63,840 nucleotides of DNA, filler included, from Octopus bimaculoides (GCF_001194135.2; 4 parts of 4 records of this genome joined end to end with filler, not necessarily neighbours in it); one strand, 5' to 3'. Shown: positions 49,678-63,004, numbered from the whole stretch's first letter. Notes: generated by a model from the sequence alone, not told the origin. Made by a program: numbers and translations.

Positions 49678-52068
49678 CCTTTGCACAACTTCTAACGCTG
49701 GAGATGTACTACGGTGTCAGCTGTTCACTACCAGTGAACCGAGGTAACACCTCTTATTTTTCGAGCACCTTCCGAAGTATTCGAGCGGTTCCAAGCAGTG
49801 CTGTTTTCTACAAGTGCTCTACCCTTACTGCAGCCCCTATTTGTTCCACGTACTTCTCGAGATTTTTGCTCACTGTTCCCAAGGCTCCGGCAATTATTGG
49901 TACTACTGCTACCTTTTTCATCGACCACAACTGCTTAACTTCCAAGCTAACGTGTCATATCTCTCGACTTTACTTTCTTCCTTATCGCATACCTTCTTGT
50001 CAGCTGGGCATGTTATATCTATGATCCAGATCGATTGCTTTCTTTCTCAATTAAGACTATGTCTGGCTTCCTATTCTCTATGTTATGGTCGCACTGAATC
50101 CTAAAATCCCATAAAATCTTTGCATTTTTATTTTCAGCGATGCCTTCAGGTTTGTGGTTGTGCTAATCATTTGTTCTGTCAAGTCCATACTTGTTGCAAA
50201 GTGTTCAACGGACAAGCCTGGCTATATTGTCGTGGCGTCTCTTATATTCCTTCTGGGCTAGTGGTGTATATTGGCTGGTAATATGCCATACGGTTTCACC
50301 GTTTTATCCACAGATTCTGCACTTATCAATTTCTGCTATGTTGTCTATTCTGTATTTTATGTAATTTATGCTTTATGCTTGCTCTTGGGCAACACAGATT
50401 AGAGCCTCCGTTTCCGGTTTTAAATCACTTTTAGTCATCCACAACCATCTTTTTTCTCTGACTGTCTTATCTTCAACATCTCTTTGAAATTGACTATGCA
50501 TACTTTTCTTTACCCACCTATTTTCAGTTTCATTCGTTTTCAATTTCTTGTACAGTGCTTTATCTTTGCAATCTTTCATGCTACCCGAGCCTGACCTTCT
50601 TACTTCTAATAATAGCGCTTATGTGGCAACATACCATGTTATGTTGTTTTCTTCTACTCTAATGTTGTGTTCGCATCCAATAAGTCTTCTTCCCCCTCTT
50701 TTTCTTGGTATATATAGTCTGTCTGTATCACTTTTTGGGTGGCGTATCCCATATCTAGTTAGCAACTTCCTTGTCTTCCTGTCTAAGCTGTTTAGTTCGT
50801 CTACTGTTCATGCGATTACCCCTGCTCCATATCTAAGGAGTTAAACTGCCCAGGTGTTGATAGTTTCGATCTTATTCCGTCCGTTTAATTTCGACTTAAG
50901 GATCAGTCTCAGTCTGCGGAAGTACTCCACCTTAAATTTTTCTGTCATTTCTTTCTCCATCAATTTATCCATTTCCAAAATCCTGTCTCTCCTACACGCT
51001 TCATAACCTCCCCGTCCTCCAATTCACATTCGATGCAATACCAAATAGGTTCATGCACTCCATAATCCAAGAATGTGGGATCTTATCGTACGCCTTACGA
51101 TAGACCACCCATGATATGGCGAAGTTACTTTTCCTCCTCTTGCAGTCTCTAAATACAGTTTTGTCTATCAGGACTTGATCCTTGGTACCTTTACACTTAT
51201 TCTTACAACCCTTCTGCTCATGTAGCAAGACTCCATCTTTTTCAGATGTTTGTACATTGACTCTGCTAGTATTCCAGTCAATAACTTCTGCATAAGTGGC
51301 AAACAGGATATTGTCTACCGTATTGCCTTTTACGACGTCTTTCACGCACAGCACTGTCCTACCCAATGTCATCCACTCTGGTGTTCCTTGGTCGGGATTT
51401 AACAAGGTGTTGAATTGCGCAGCTATTCGTGCATGACATTCACCAAATCTTTTGACCCAGTAGCCTCGAACTCCATCTGGTCCCGGGGCCTTCCAGTTGC
51501 TCATTTTGTTTGCTGATTTCCTTCAGTTCCCTAACTGAAATGACTAGTTTTGCCTGTTTTGGACAGACTACTGTTTGTTTCAGTTCTTGCAACCATTCAG
51601 CATCCTTCTTGTGCTCCTTATCTTTGCTCCAGATGTCACTCTAAATCTTTAACTTTCAATGTTATCTGGTATCAACTTTTCATCTGTACACTCTCCATTT
51701 ATTTCTTTATAAAATCTCTTCTGTTCTACTCGAAATAACCTATTCTGCTGGGATTCCTTCATTCTTCGTCGTATCTTACCATCTTTGCTTTCTTTGCAAC
51801 GAGGCGCTGTTTCAGTTCCTCCGTTGCCATTTTCAAGCCCTTTCTTTCAATATCATACTCCCTGTTCAGTACCCTGTATTTTTGTTCGCTTTTAAACTAC
51901 TCCCTTCTATTTTCTGTCTAATACAGAAATGTCCTTCGAGAGCATATCTAACCTTTCCTGTATTCTTCTTTTCCACCATGGATCTTTTCTTTTGTCACGC
52001 CCATTATATTTCTTTTCCTTGACATCAACACCCACATTTTTGCTACAACAATACTTTCTGCCTTAACC
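49678..52068 (-). mobile_element. R4/Dong-like LINE, 5'-truncated, RT core deleted, flanked both sides by (TAA)n
   Basis: DPWWKRRI, NWKAPGPDGVRGYW, EQKGC, GTKDQVLIDK, YRKAYDKIPHSW, LKSKLNGRNK, LKPETEALICVAQEQA, RLE end LGTARILRKVLEK. Confidence 0.92.
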
Positions 52069-52069
52069 A

Positions 52070-52164
<95 letters not shown>

Positions 52165-52195
52165 NNNNNNNNNNTATTATTATTATTATTATTAT

Positions 52196-52266
<71 letters not shown>

Positions 52267-52375
52267 GCAACAATATCAACAATAATAATAATTATAATAA
52301 TATTGGATTTCTTTTATTCGCCACCAGGGCGAAGGATGAGAGGGATAATACAATAATAATAATAATAATAATAAT

Positions 52376-52432
<57 letters not shown>

Positions 52433-52465
52433 GATAATAATAAATAATAATATAATAATCCCTAG
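52069..52465. repeat. (ATT)n/(AAT)n arrays with strand switches
   Basis: Direct reading; small gap inside. Confidence 0.9.
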
Positions 52466-52848
52466 AATAATAGCAATTAATATTCCGTTATTTGGTTCTT
52501 TATTGTAACGATGTTTCATAGTACCATTCATTTAACTTCCTTCAAATTCTGTACTTGTTGACCTTGCAATACGTATTCATATAGCAGGAGCACTCGTTGA
52601 CCCTTTTTTCTGGTAGAGCAAAGAGATTCTCAGTTTAAACAGTCCTATACAGTTCGATCGAGAAGAATTATGCTAGTCCTATTAATTTACACTTTTTAAA
52701 GATTTGTTTTTCCTTTCCTTTACGGTCTTTTGTGTTTTTTTCGTCTGTTGTTAGGTACAATAGTAAACTGACCGCAATTTGAATATTGATTTAGTCATCT
52801 ACGTACGTACGTAAGTGTGTGTATGAGAGTGTGTGTGTGGGTGTGTGT

Positions 52849-52925
<77 letters not shown>

Positions 52926-52971
52926 TGCGTGCGTGCATGGGTGCGTGCGCGTATGCATGTATGTATGTGTG

Positions 52972-53115
52972 ATTGTGGCTGTGTAGTACAAAGCTTGCTT
53001 CCCAACCACCTGGTTCTGGGTTTATCCCCACTGCACGGACACTTGGGGAAGTGTCTTGTACTATAGAATATAGCCTGGAGCCGATCAAGACCTTGTGGGT
53101 GGATCTGGTACATGG
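52972..53115 (+). mobile_element. SINE family B 5' half
   Basis: GTGGCTGTGTAGTACAAAGCTTGCTTCCCAACCAC...CACTTGGGGAAGTGTC. Confidence 0.8.
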
Positions 53116-53339
53116 TAACCGTACCAAATCTATATTGCAAGCGGGAAGAGAACTCCTTTCAGACCAACAGATCTTACAGTTTCGACCTCTTTATTGGCAT
53201 CCTCGATGATGGATACTCGTCCGCTAGACATAGCAGTAGTTCATTTGTGTTAAAATAGCAGTGAAATGTTGCTATGCATTTTCTCCGGTTTGCTAACGAT
53301 TCTGCCAGCTGACCATCTTAATAAAAGTAACCCTTTCTA

Positions 53340-53538
53340 CTATAGACACAAGGCCTGAAATTTGTGGGAAACGGACTAGTTGATTACATCGACCCCAGTG
53401 TTTCACTGGTACTTATTTAATCGACTCCGAAAGGATGAAAGGTAAAGTCGACCGCGGCGGAATTTGAACTCAAAACGTAACGACAGACGACATACTGTTA
53501 AACATTTTTCCCGGCATGCTAACGATTCTGCCTGCTCG
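53340..53538 (-). mobile_element. SINE family A, full length
   Basis: Reverse complement GCGAGCAGGCAGAATCGTTAGCATGCC...GAGTTCAAATTCCGCC...GGGGTCGATGTAATC. Confidence 0.85.
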
Positions 53539-53544
53539 CGATCT

Positions 53545-53703
53545 GAAGAAGAAGAAGAAGAAGAAGAAGAAGAAGAAGAAGAAGAAGAAGAAGAAGAAGA
53601 AGAAGAAGAAGAAGAAGAAGAAGAAGAAGAAGAAGAAGAAGAAGAAGAAGAAGAAGAAGAAGAAGAAGAAGAAGAAGAAGAAGAAGAAGAAGAAGAAGAA
53701 GAA
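53545..53703. repeat. Pure (GAA)53 microsatellite
   Basis: Direct reading, 159 bp. Confidence 0.95.
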
Positions 53704-53874
53704 TAGACCTGCTGCAGTATGCTGTTAATGCGAAGGCTTTACCAGCAAGAGACTTAAGAGTTCTAATGAATTCGGATCACGAACAGCCAATGTGAGAAAA
53801 ATCCTATTCCGCATGGCATTACATAGTTCAGTTCCACCGTTAAACTAATAACTTAAAAGACCAGTAAGCATCAT

Positions 53875-54640
53875 AGAGGTGGCTCAGAAATGGTGACCTT
53901 AAAAAGAATACTGAAAGACTAATCATCGCTGCCTGGGATCAGGCATTGAATACCAGCTCAGTGAAAAGGGATATGTATTATACAATGCAACAAACCTCTG
54001 CAGAATGTGCGGGAAGAGCGTCAAAAGTCTAACTCACATTGTTAGTACTAGTGAAAGTCTCCCGCAGAAGGAGTACAAGCGCAGATACGACAAGGTAGCA
54101 CAAAACCTTCAGTGGCTATTATGCCGGAAGTATGTGTATGACGTAACGGGTACATGGTACCAACATACACCGGAAAAGGTAATGGACAAAAAGAAGAAGG
54201 CAAAAGTCCTCTGGGAATTTGACTTCCAGACAAACAAGGTGTTAGAACACCGAAGGCCGGATACAGTGACCTGTAGAAGGGACAAACAAGAGTGCCTAAT
54301 AATCAACATAGCAGTGCCAGGAGATCAAATATGAAAGAAAGGGAAAATATTGGTAAATAAGGAAACCTGAGAATTAAAATCGCCAAGGTGTAGCAGCTAC
54401 GAAATTCAAACATAATGGTCGTCCCTGTTGTCATCGGAGCATTGGGCTCAATAAGACCCAACCTGAAGAAACATCTGGGAACTTTAGACATACCCTACAA
54501 TCTAGGTGCTTTTCAAAAGTCAGCTTCACTTGGAACTGCACATATATAGTCCTTCTCAGGACTTGCCAAACAGTACAATCCCCCTGTAAACACAAAAATC
54601 TGCAACCAATAACATCTCATTAGATACTGTGCGACGCATG
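53875..54640 (+). mobile_element. R4/Dong-like LINE 3' fragment (CCHC and RLE), ends at (AAT)n
   Basis: CRMCGK...HIV...YKRRYDKVAQNL; WEFDFQT...HRRPD...IINIAVPGD; VPVVIGALG; QKSASLGTAH. Confidence 0.9.
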
Positions 54641-54657
54641 CAATAATAATAATAATA

Positions 54658-54723
<66 letters not shown>

Positions 54724-54874
54724 ATCTCCAATTGTGAAACTATAGCAGTGAACAAGTAAATAATAAGATAGCAATTCTTGTTGTAATAATGAAATTAAAA
54801 TATTGAATAAGTAAATAATTACCCAGATTGATATTTACCCAGAATGATTAACAAGTAGCGTTATGAAACAGTTA

Positions 54875-57800
54875 ATTCGTCGGCGACTAAACCGGCAACG
54901 CCACTAAACTTGCTTGGTGACGAGGGTGGATTTTCAACACCCTGCGGGATTTAAATAAAAACCCTGCAAAGGGCAGAGGAACTGGTCATTCCGAAAACGG
55001 GTAGACAGAAGTCGTGAGCCTTGGTTGGCAGCCTGTCTAGAAGGAGCACTGATTTAATAACTAGGGTAGATAGAACTCCTTAGTTATAGTAGTGACAACT
55101 TGTCAGTGTCCTATGGCTCCATGCTTGGGATGAAGGCGAATGAACCGCGAATCGAAACTTAACTCCGGAGCAATATTTGGATGAAGGTACGGGACCAACT
55201 GACGCTCACCTGTCTTCTAGTGAGAATCAGGATCATGGTCCCCAACACAGAATTGCGAAGGGAATAGTCCCAACATATTGGTAGTAAGAGCTTTGCAGTC
55301 TTGGTTGACAATATTACTAGAGATGGTGTCTCGATAAAAATACTGGCTGGTGGCTTACCTTAAAACACATACCTCACTGTTGAGTGAAAATGTCTAATAC
55401 AAATATATCAAATAATGGTGTTAATGAGTCTGGAAAAAATTGAAAGCCTTTCACCCGGCAGGTGCCCTATGGTAGAGCAGCGCAGGCCCGGTCGTCATCC
55501 AGAGACTGCTTGTACATAAAGCCAGGAGAGAAGGTGGGTTAAGGAGGCAAACCGAACGGTAATTGAATGCTGGATGAGGTGTGAACCCAGCAGAAGGGAT
55601 TCCGACAATGAATGGAAGCAAAATGGAATGAGATAGGACTCCTCGAAACAAATGACCAATGGTTAGCCCACCAGGCAACAGCAATAAGAACAAAAGGGTG
55701 GTTAACAGACGTAGAAATTGAAGAGATAAAAAGGAAAGTAGAAGATAGAAATAATACTTCACCAACAGATAACGTGCCCAGTGAGAACAGAAGAATGAAA
55801 GGTGGCAGTGATGAAGTAGAGCAAAGTGTAAATGTAAATGCATTCTTAGCAAATGAAGCAGAAGTAATAGGAAGAGTTATATCACAAGAATATGATGATG
55901 ACCAACAGGGCATAGTGATGAAAGACCAGGATCAAGCACCTCCAACCTGAGGTACACCGATCAAAGCAAGCTCAAGGTTGAAACCGAAAAGATAGATTCG
56001 GTTCCTGGGCTATTCCAGCCGAGAAATATAACTGAAACCAACAATATTATTTGGGCTGCAGCTATGGTTGCTGCAGATAGATTTGGATACAGAAAAAGAG
56101 AACAAACAGAACATAAAGAAATATACTGGCGTAGACGAATTTGTAAGAAACAAAGTTAAAAAGACATTTAGGACAAGTTCATAGATTGAGAAGAGGGGAA
56201 TTGCAGAACGAAAGCATAAGAATAATGCTGGAAAGAACAAGAATAAGAGATAAAGGTTATGATGCGATATTAGAAGAATTGAAACAAAGTGTAGTAGCAA
56301 CCAAAGCAAAACTGGAAAGATATGACAATAGAAAGAGACAGTTCAAGCAAAACAGATTGTTTGAAGCAAATCAGATGAAATTGCTTAAGGAACTAGATGG
56401 GCAAAAACACGTAACAGTGATACCTGATGCAGAGAAGTGCAGGGCATTCTGAAGAGAGATCTGGGACCAACCTGTAGAGCATAATGATGAAGCGGGGTGG
56501 TTGCATGAAATCCAAGATAAGTTAAGAAATATAGAAGGTCAAGAAGACGTAAAGATAACTATAGAAACGATAAAAAAGAAGTTAAGAAAATTCTCAAATT
56601 GGAAGAGCCGAGGACCGAATAGGGTCCAAGGTTATTGGATGAAGAAGCTGAGAGGGCTCCATGAAAGGATAGCACAACAGCCAGATGAGTGCTTCGATGA
56701 AGGCACAGTACCCAGCTGCATCCAACTTTTGACCACTAACATGCCTCCTGCTAATGTGGAAACTAATGTCAAGTGCTTTGGCCGGTGAACTGTACAGATA
56801 CTTAGTAAAAGTGGGCTGCTACCCATTGAAAAGAAAGGGTGTCGAAAAAGGAGCCGGGGAACGAAGGATCAGCTTTTAATTGATAATCTAATTATCAGGA
56901 TTTCAAATCTGAGCGTGGCATGGGTTGATTATCGCAAAGCATACGATATGATACCACACTCCTGGATAATAGGAACAATGGAAATGTATGGAGTAGCAGA
57001 GAATATGAGAAACCTTGTACGGAATAGCATGAAATGCTGGAGAATGGAGTTGACAGCAGAGAAACAAATACTGGGAGAGGTGAAAATCAAGAGAGGAACT
57101 TTCCAGCGGGGCAGAGTGTCCCCACTGATATTAGTGCTGGAAATAATCTAGTGTGAAATACTACAGAAAACAAATTTGGGGCATGATCTGGGAAAACTTA
57201 AGGGAAAACTAAACCACTTGCTATTCATGGACGACCTGAAGCTATTCACAAAAACTGAGGCAGAACTGGACAGTCTAGTCCAGTCTGTGCGGATTTTCTC
57301 CAATGATATTAAGATGAAGTTTGGACTCTCAAAATGTGCTACAATGGTGATCAGACGAAGGAAGCTTGCCAGGATAGAAGGCATATGGCTACCAAATGGT
57401 GAAATGATGAAGGCAATTCAACCTCAATCCAGCTATCCTGGGAATACTTGATGCAGATGGAATCAAACACCACGACATGAAGGAAAAGACAAAAAGAGAG
57501 TACCTGAAGCGAGTGAGAAAAATATTGACTTCAAAGCTGAATGCTAGAAACATAATTTCGGCGATAAACTCGCGCGCAGTCGCATTAGTTCATTATGGCG
57601 TTGGAATCCTGAAGTGGATAGAAGAGGAGCTAAAGGAGATGGACAGGAAGTCAAGGAAGCTCCTAACATTGCATGAAGCCAATCATCCACGTGCAGACCA
57701 AAAGCACTATACTGGCAGTGCAGGACCAAGCTTTGACCACAAACTGGAGGGTCTACCTTCGGAATGAGAAGTATCTCCTGTGTGTTGTATTTGCAATAGA

Positions 57801-58135
57801 GTTGATGAAACCATTGCCCATATCACGAACGAATGCTGTAGACTTGCCCAAAATCAATACAAGTTGTGACGACACGACCAGGTAGCGAACGTGCTACACT
57901 GGAAACTGTGCGAAAAGTGGGGGTTACAGAGAGCCAAGACGTGGTATGAGTGCAAAGTGCAGAGAGTGGCAGAGTTGGAGACTAGCAAAAACAATCTGGA
58001 ATTTCCCAATCCAAACAGATCAGGTGCTAGAGCATAACAGACATGGCCAACTGGTGGTGGACAATATGTACCACATATGCTATATAGCTAATGTCGCATG
58101 TTCCTTTGACCCACGAATAGTCAAGTTGTAAGACA
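54875..58135 (+). mobile_element. R4/Dong-like LINE, near full length with about 500-bp 5' UTR, internal deletions
   Basis: N-terminal WLTDVEIEEIK; NWKSRGPNRVQGYW; [15 protein letters not shown]; LNHLLFMDDLKLF; KFGLSKC; KLNARNIISAINSRAV; HWKLCEKW; IANVACSFD. Confidence 0.92.
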
Positions 58136-58196
58136 AAAAGATAAATAGATAGATAGAGATAGATAGAGAGATAGATAGATAGACAGATAGATAGAT

Positions 58197-58238
<42 letters not shown>

Positions 58239-58356
58239 ATTGTTTCAGGACCTAGATGAGCAAAAATATGTAACAGTGATACAAGATGCAGAGAAGAGCA
58301 GGGCAGTCTGGAGGGGGAATAGAAGTAGATAGGCAGATAGATAGAGATAGAGAGAT

Positions 58357-58439
<83 letters not shown>

Positions 58440-58544
58440 CATACATACATACATACATACATACATACATACATAGAGAGATAGAAATAGAGAGATAGAG
58501 ATAGATAAATAAATGAATAAATAAACAGACAGACAGACAGACAG

Positions 58545-59045
58545 ACAATTTTCACGATAGTCTCGGCAAAACCGAATTCGTCCCACACGTAACAGGAGCC
58601 GTTCGGCACAAGCCCACAAGTCTGAAATGTTTGGACGCTACACGAACGGTTTCGTCGCTCTCACCGCATCCCGGGTTAAGTCGGTCCGTTGTATCTCGAA
58701 CCGTGCCTGTAGATCTTATCCCGGGCTCTCTGGTGATTGTCCATAGGTCCCGCCCAGAAAGTTGTCCTGAACAGGCGGGTCAGGTGTTCCTCGTCGACGC
58801 CCAGAATCTCCTCGAGAATGTTGTTGCACCTCCCCTCCAGTAATTCTCTATAGAATGCCTTCGTGGAATTTAAAGTTGCACAAGATTAGTCCCGGACGGC
58901 AGAGTTGCTTGAGAGCAAGGCGGTACTCGCTGTGGCATTCGCCTAGCCTCGGTCTCTGCTTAATCCACGACTACAGTTTCGCCAAAGAGACGAGCTGCGG
59001 GAAACCGCGCCTCACAAACGGCGACCACGCCTGTTCACCGTCGTC
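58545..59045 (-). mobile_element. Tx1/L1-group fragment homologous to 43430-43975
   Basis: Shared blocks ACCGAATTCGTCCCACACGT, GTGCCTGTAGATCTTATCCCG, CCCGGACGGCAGAGTTGCTTGAGAGCAA; lacks part of the zf-RVT segment. Confidence 0.85.
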
Positions 59046-59064
59046 TATAATGCCAGATAATGCC

Positions 59065-59340
59065 AGATAAATGACTTTACTGTCCAAAATGATGAAAAAA
59101 TCAACATGAGCGACATAGAACAAATGGCAAAATACCAGGACGTAGCCATTGAATTATAGAAAGTGCGGGTAAATATGTATCCCAATAGGTATAGGTGCAT
59201 AGTGAACTATTGCTAAAGATCTGAACAGATGGATAGAGCAAATAGGCATAAAAACCAGTTTAGTACATCTCCAGAAAATAGTGTTATTAGGGATAGCTAG
59301 TATACTTTGGAGAGTTCTTAGCATCTAAGGTAACTTGTTT
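59065..59340 (+). mobile_element. R4/Dong-like RLE C-terminal fragment
   Basis: DFTVQNDEKI...KYQDVAIEL; IGIGA; LQKIVLLGIASILWRVLSI*. Confidence 0.8.
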
Positions 59341-59523
59341 GTAGACCGACGTTAAGATTTTTTTTCTTTTCCAACAGTCTCATCTGTTGTGTGTATATGA
59401 AAAGAAGAGAAGAAGAAGAAGAAGAAGAAGAAGAAGAAGAAGAAGAAGAAGAAGAAGAAGAAGAAGAAGAAGAAGAAGAAGAAGAAGAAGAAGAAGANNN
59501 NNNNNNNNNNNNNNNNNNNNNNN

Positions 59524-59569
<46 letters not shown>

Positions 59570-59934
59570 TAACAAAGAGATAGGCAAACAGACACAGAGC
59601 TTCAAAGAAACAAGACAATAACGGTGAAGTAAATTAGAAATAATATCTAATAAGGAATTAGACAAATACAACAATAGCATAGAGTTTCGTTTTAACACAA
59701 AGAATTGTATTGACTTGTTAGTGAATGGTTTTACTTCGTCTTATCAGTCATTCCGTTGGACGTTGAAGATGTGCGTGTTTGTGTAAGAGAGAGAAAGAGA
59801 GAGAAAGAGGTTGGAGACAAAGAAGAGAAAGGAAAAACAGAGAGAGGAGAGATTCTAAGACAAAAGGACTTGTTTCAACGACATAATGTAGAACAACAAC
59901 AATTTCACTAGTAACAGCACTAACATATTATGCT

Positions 59935-60132
59935 TCCAATTTGTGGCACAAGGCCAACAATCCCAGAGGAGATCGATTAGATCGCTCCCTTAGTGCTCAG
60001 CTGTTACTTATTTTATCAAACCAGAAATGTTGAAAGGCAATGTCGACTTCGGCGGAATTTAAACTCAGAGCGCAAAGACGGAAATTCCACTTTGCAGTTT
60101 GCCCGGTGTACTAACGGTTGTGCCAGCTCGCT
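59935..60132 (-). mobile_element. SINE family A
   Basis: GTCGACTTCGGCGGAATTTAAACTCAG...TGCCAGCTCGC. Confidence 0.8.
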
Positions 60133-60154
60133 GTTTCAGTGGTCGTTAATATTG

Positions 60155-60363
60155 GTTTCAAATTTTGGCACAAGGCTAAGAATTTTGGGGAAAGGATAGG
60201 TCGATTAGATCAACTTCTCAGTGTTCAACTAGTACAAATTTTATTTTATTGACCCTGAAAGACAAAATCGACCAAAGCAGAATTTGAATTCAGAACGTAA
60301 GAAGGATGAAATGCCGCTAAGCATTTTACTCGGCATACTAACGATTCTGCCATCTCATCGCCT
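60155..60363 (-). mobile_element. SINE family A, tandem with previous copy
   Basis: GAATTTGAATTCAGAACGTAA...CTAACGATTCTGCCA.CTCATCGCC. Confidence 0.8.
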
Positions 60364-60369
60364 TTGCAA

Positions 60370-60726
60370 CAGCAACAGCAACATATGCTGAGACCCCCTT
60401 CGGTCATGACTGACCATGGGATTGCACCTAGAAAGTTACCCTCCCAGGCACAAATCCAGGCAAGGTTGTTTATGAAAGACCAGCAATCGCCCATGCATAC
60501 CGGCCTCCCCTCTCCACGCCACCAATGTTATCCAAGGGAAAGGCAAAGGGGCCGATGCAGCTTGGCACCAGTGACGTCACAACTCATTTCTACAGCTGAG
60601 TGAACCGGAGCAACGTGAAATAAAGTGTCTTGCTCAAGAACACAACACGCAGCCCGGTTAGGGAATCGAACTCACAACCTCACGATTGTAAGCTCGACGC
60701 TCTAACCGCTGAGCCATGCGCCTTCA
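60370..60726 (-). mobile_element. tRNA-derived SINE, family C, full length
   Basis: Reverse complement GGCGCATGGCTCAGCGGTTAGAGCG...GAGTTCGATTCCC (A/B boxes), GTGTTCTTGAGCAAGACACTT, tail ending in (TTG)-like repeats. Confidence 0.85.
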
Positions 60727-60968
60727 TACCACCAACATATAATAATAACATTAATAACAAGAACACGGGCAAGACTACACCAAGAATGCGGCAATGTGGG
60801 AGCTTTTATTTGGTTGTTTGAGCTACCAGAAATAGCAGCCATATCTTCTTGAAATCACACTCCTCCGTTTCACTGGACATATTCAGCAATATGATTATTA
60901 ACAAAGCAAATGATGAGATGTTAAAAACTGGAATGGCTATTATGATTTTGGCCTGCTATATTATATAT

Positions 60969-61164
60969 GAAGGTGCGTGGCTTAGTGGTTAGGGTATAAG
61001 GCTCACGGTCGTAAGGACTGAGGTCGATTCATGAGCAAGACACATGAGAACTACGTTAAGAGTATGCGTGTCTATGGAGTACTCAGCCACTCCGCAAGAC
61101 CAGTTTGTTCTGTTGATTGGATTAACTGGAACTCACGTCGTCATAACAGAGTGCCAAGCGGTGG

Positions 61165-61165
<1 letters not shown>
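60969..61165 (+). mobile_element. SINE family C-like head, internally deleted
   Basis: GGTGCGTGGCTTAGTGGTTAGGG...GGTCGATTC then TGAGCAAGACAC. Confidence 0.65.
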
Positions 61166-61213
<48 letters not shown>

Positions 61214-61313
61214 NNNNNNNNNNNNNNNNNNNNNNNNNNNNNNNNNNNNNNNNNNNNTTAATTAATTAANNNNNNNNNNNNNNNNNNNNNNNNNNNNNNN
61301 NNNNNNNNNNNNN
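61214..61313. other. Artificial contig-joining spacer
   Basis: 44 N + TTAATTAATTAA + 44 N. Confidence 0.95.
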
Positions 61314-61417
61314 ATTGGCATATCCCAGAATATGGTTGCTTTCTCGTTTTCTGTGACCTTTTCTGGCGTGTGTTTATACCATCTTTTTTTGTTGTTATTC
61401 CATAGTGTTGGCATAGC

Positions 61418-61418
<1 letters not shown>
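61314..61418 (-). mobile_element. R4/Dong-like fragment, 5'-truncated at (AAT)n
   Basis: KLCQHYGITT..WYKHTPEKVTENEKATILWDMP; starts directly at the (ATT)n array 61419-61497. Confidence 0.85.
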
Positions 61419-61499
<81 letters not shown>

Positions 61500-61507
61500 T
61501 CTTAGGT

Positions 61508-61720
61508 AAAGCGGTGAGCTGGCAGAAATGTTAGCACGCCGAGTGAAATGCATACATACATATATATATATATATACGTCTAAGTTAAGTGCGTCGGTCT
61601 TTACGTTCTGAGTTCAAATTCCGTCGAGGTCGACTTTGCCTTTCACTCTTTCGAGGATCAATAAAGTAAACAACCAGTTGAACAATGGGGGTAGTGGTGG
61701 TGGTGGGGTCGATGTAATCG
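61508..61720 (+). mobile_element. SINE family A interrupted by a CATA/TA tract
   Basis: GCGGTGAGCTGGCAGAAATGTTAGCACGCC, microsatellite, then TTTACGTTCTGAGTTCAAATTCC...GGGGTCGATGTAATCG. Confidence 0.85.
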
Positions 61721-62229
61721 AAAATTACTGACCATATGCTAGAATTCGAAACCATTATTATTATTTATTCTAGGCAGCGTCAGCGTTAACCGGACAATTC
61801 TAAGAGACTGGAAATGGCGTTTTGGAGTGGTAAAAAAAATCATAATACAAAATGGTATTCTCTGGAATTTAAAGAAGAGAACTACAGGAAGCCTGCTTTG
61901 TACACATTTGTAAAGCCCTTCCCGTCACTGTTCACATATCATTTCGATCCTGGCCCCTTGCTGTCGGGGTAGTTCCACTTCCCAGAAGCCGTATTTCTCT
62001 TCATCTTGTCATTCTACGGTTGGATAGTTAAAAGAGATAATCACCGCAAACTTCTCAAATATAAGTACTTTAAAGAGTTAATAGACAAAACATATGCGAC
62101 GGCTCATAAATAGAAGAGTGCGGGAGTGCGCGCGTGTGTACATACATACATGCATATATACACACACACATATACATATACATGCATATTTGTATATACA
62201 TACATATATAGACGCACTTAACTTAGACG

Positions 62230-62265
<36 letters not shown>

Positions 62266-63004
62266 TGTATGTATATATANNNNNNNNNNNNNNNNNNNNN
62301 NNNNNNNNNNNNNNNNNNNNNNNNNNNNNNNNNNNNNNNNNNNNNNNNNNNNNNNNNNNNNNNNNNNNNNNNNNNNNNNNNNNNNNNNNNNNNNNNNNNN
62401 NNNNNNNNNNNNNNNNNNNNNNNNNNNNNNNNNNNNNNNNNNNNNNNNNNNNNNNNNNNNNNNNNNNNNNNNNNNNNNNNNNNNNNNNNNNNNNNNNNNN
62501 NNNNNNNNNNNNNNNNNNNNNNNNNNNNNNNNNNNNNNNNNNNNNNNNNNNNNNNNNNNNNNNNNNNNNNNNNNNNNNNNNNNNNNNNNNNNNNNNNNNN
62601 NNNNNNNNNNNNNNNNNNNNNNNNNNNNNNNNNNNNNNNNNNNNNNNNNNNNNNNNNNNNNNNNNNNNNNNNNNNNNNNNNNNNNNNNNNNNNNNNNNNN
62701 NNNNNNNNNNNNNNNNNNNNNNNNNNNNNNNNNNNNNNNNNNNNNNNNNNNNNNNNNNNNNNNNNNNNNNNNNNNNNNNNNNNNNNNNNNNNNNNNNNNN
62801 NNNNNNNNNNNNNNNNNNNNNNNNNNNNNNNNNNNNNNNNNNNNNNNNNNNNNNNNNNNNNNNNNNNNNNNNNNNNNNNNNNNNNNNNNNNNNNNNNNNN
62901 NNNNNNNNNNNNNNNNNNNNNNNNNNNNNNNNNNNNNNNNNNNNNNNNNNNNNNNNNNNNNNNNNNNNNNNNNNNNNNNNNNNNNNNNNNNNNNNNNNNN
63001 NNNN

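Noticed and set aside
54880-55390. HDV-like ribozyme in the R4/Dong 5' UTR
   Set aside because: A TAGACAG/CTGTCTA stem exists but I could not find the P3/L3/P1.1 pseudoknot by eye; needs a descriptor search.
58135-59340. Single R4 element split by a nested Tx1 insertion
   Set aside because: Both flanking pieces contain the same RLE segment (D..P.D / KYQD region), so they look like separate copies.
60640-60726. tRNA gene
   Set aside because: A/B boxes present but it continues into a SINE body and lacks a proper acceptor stem.
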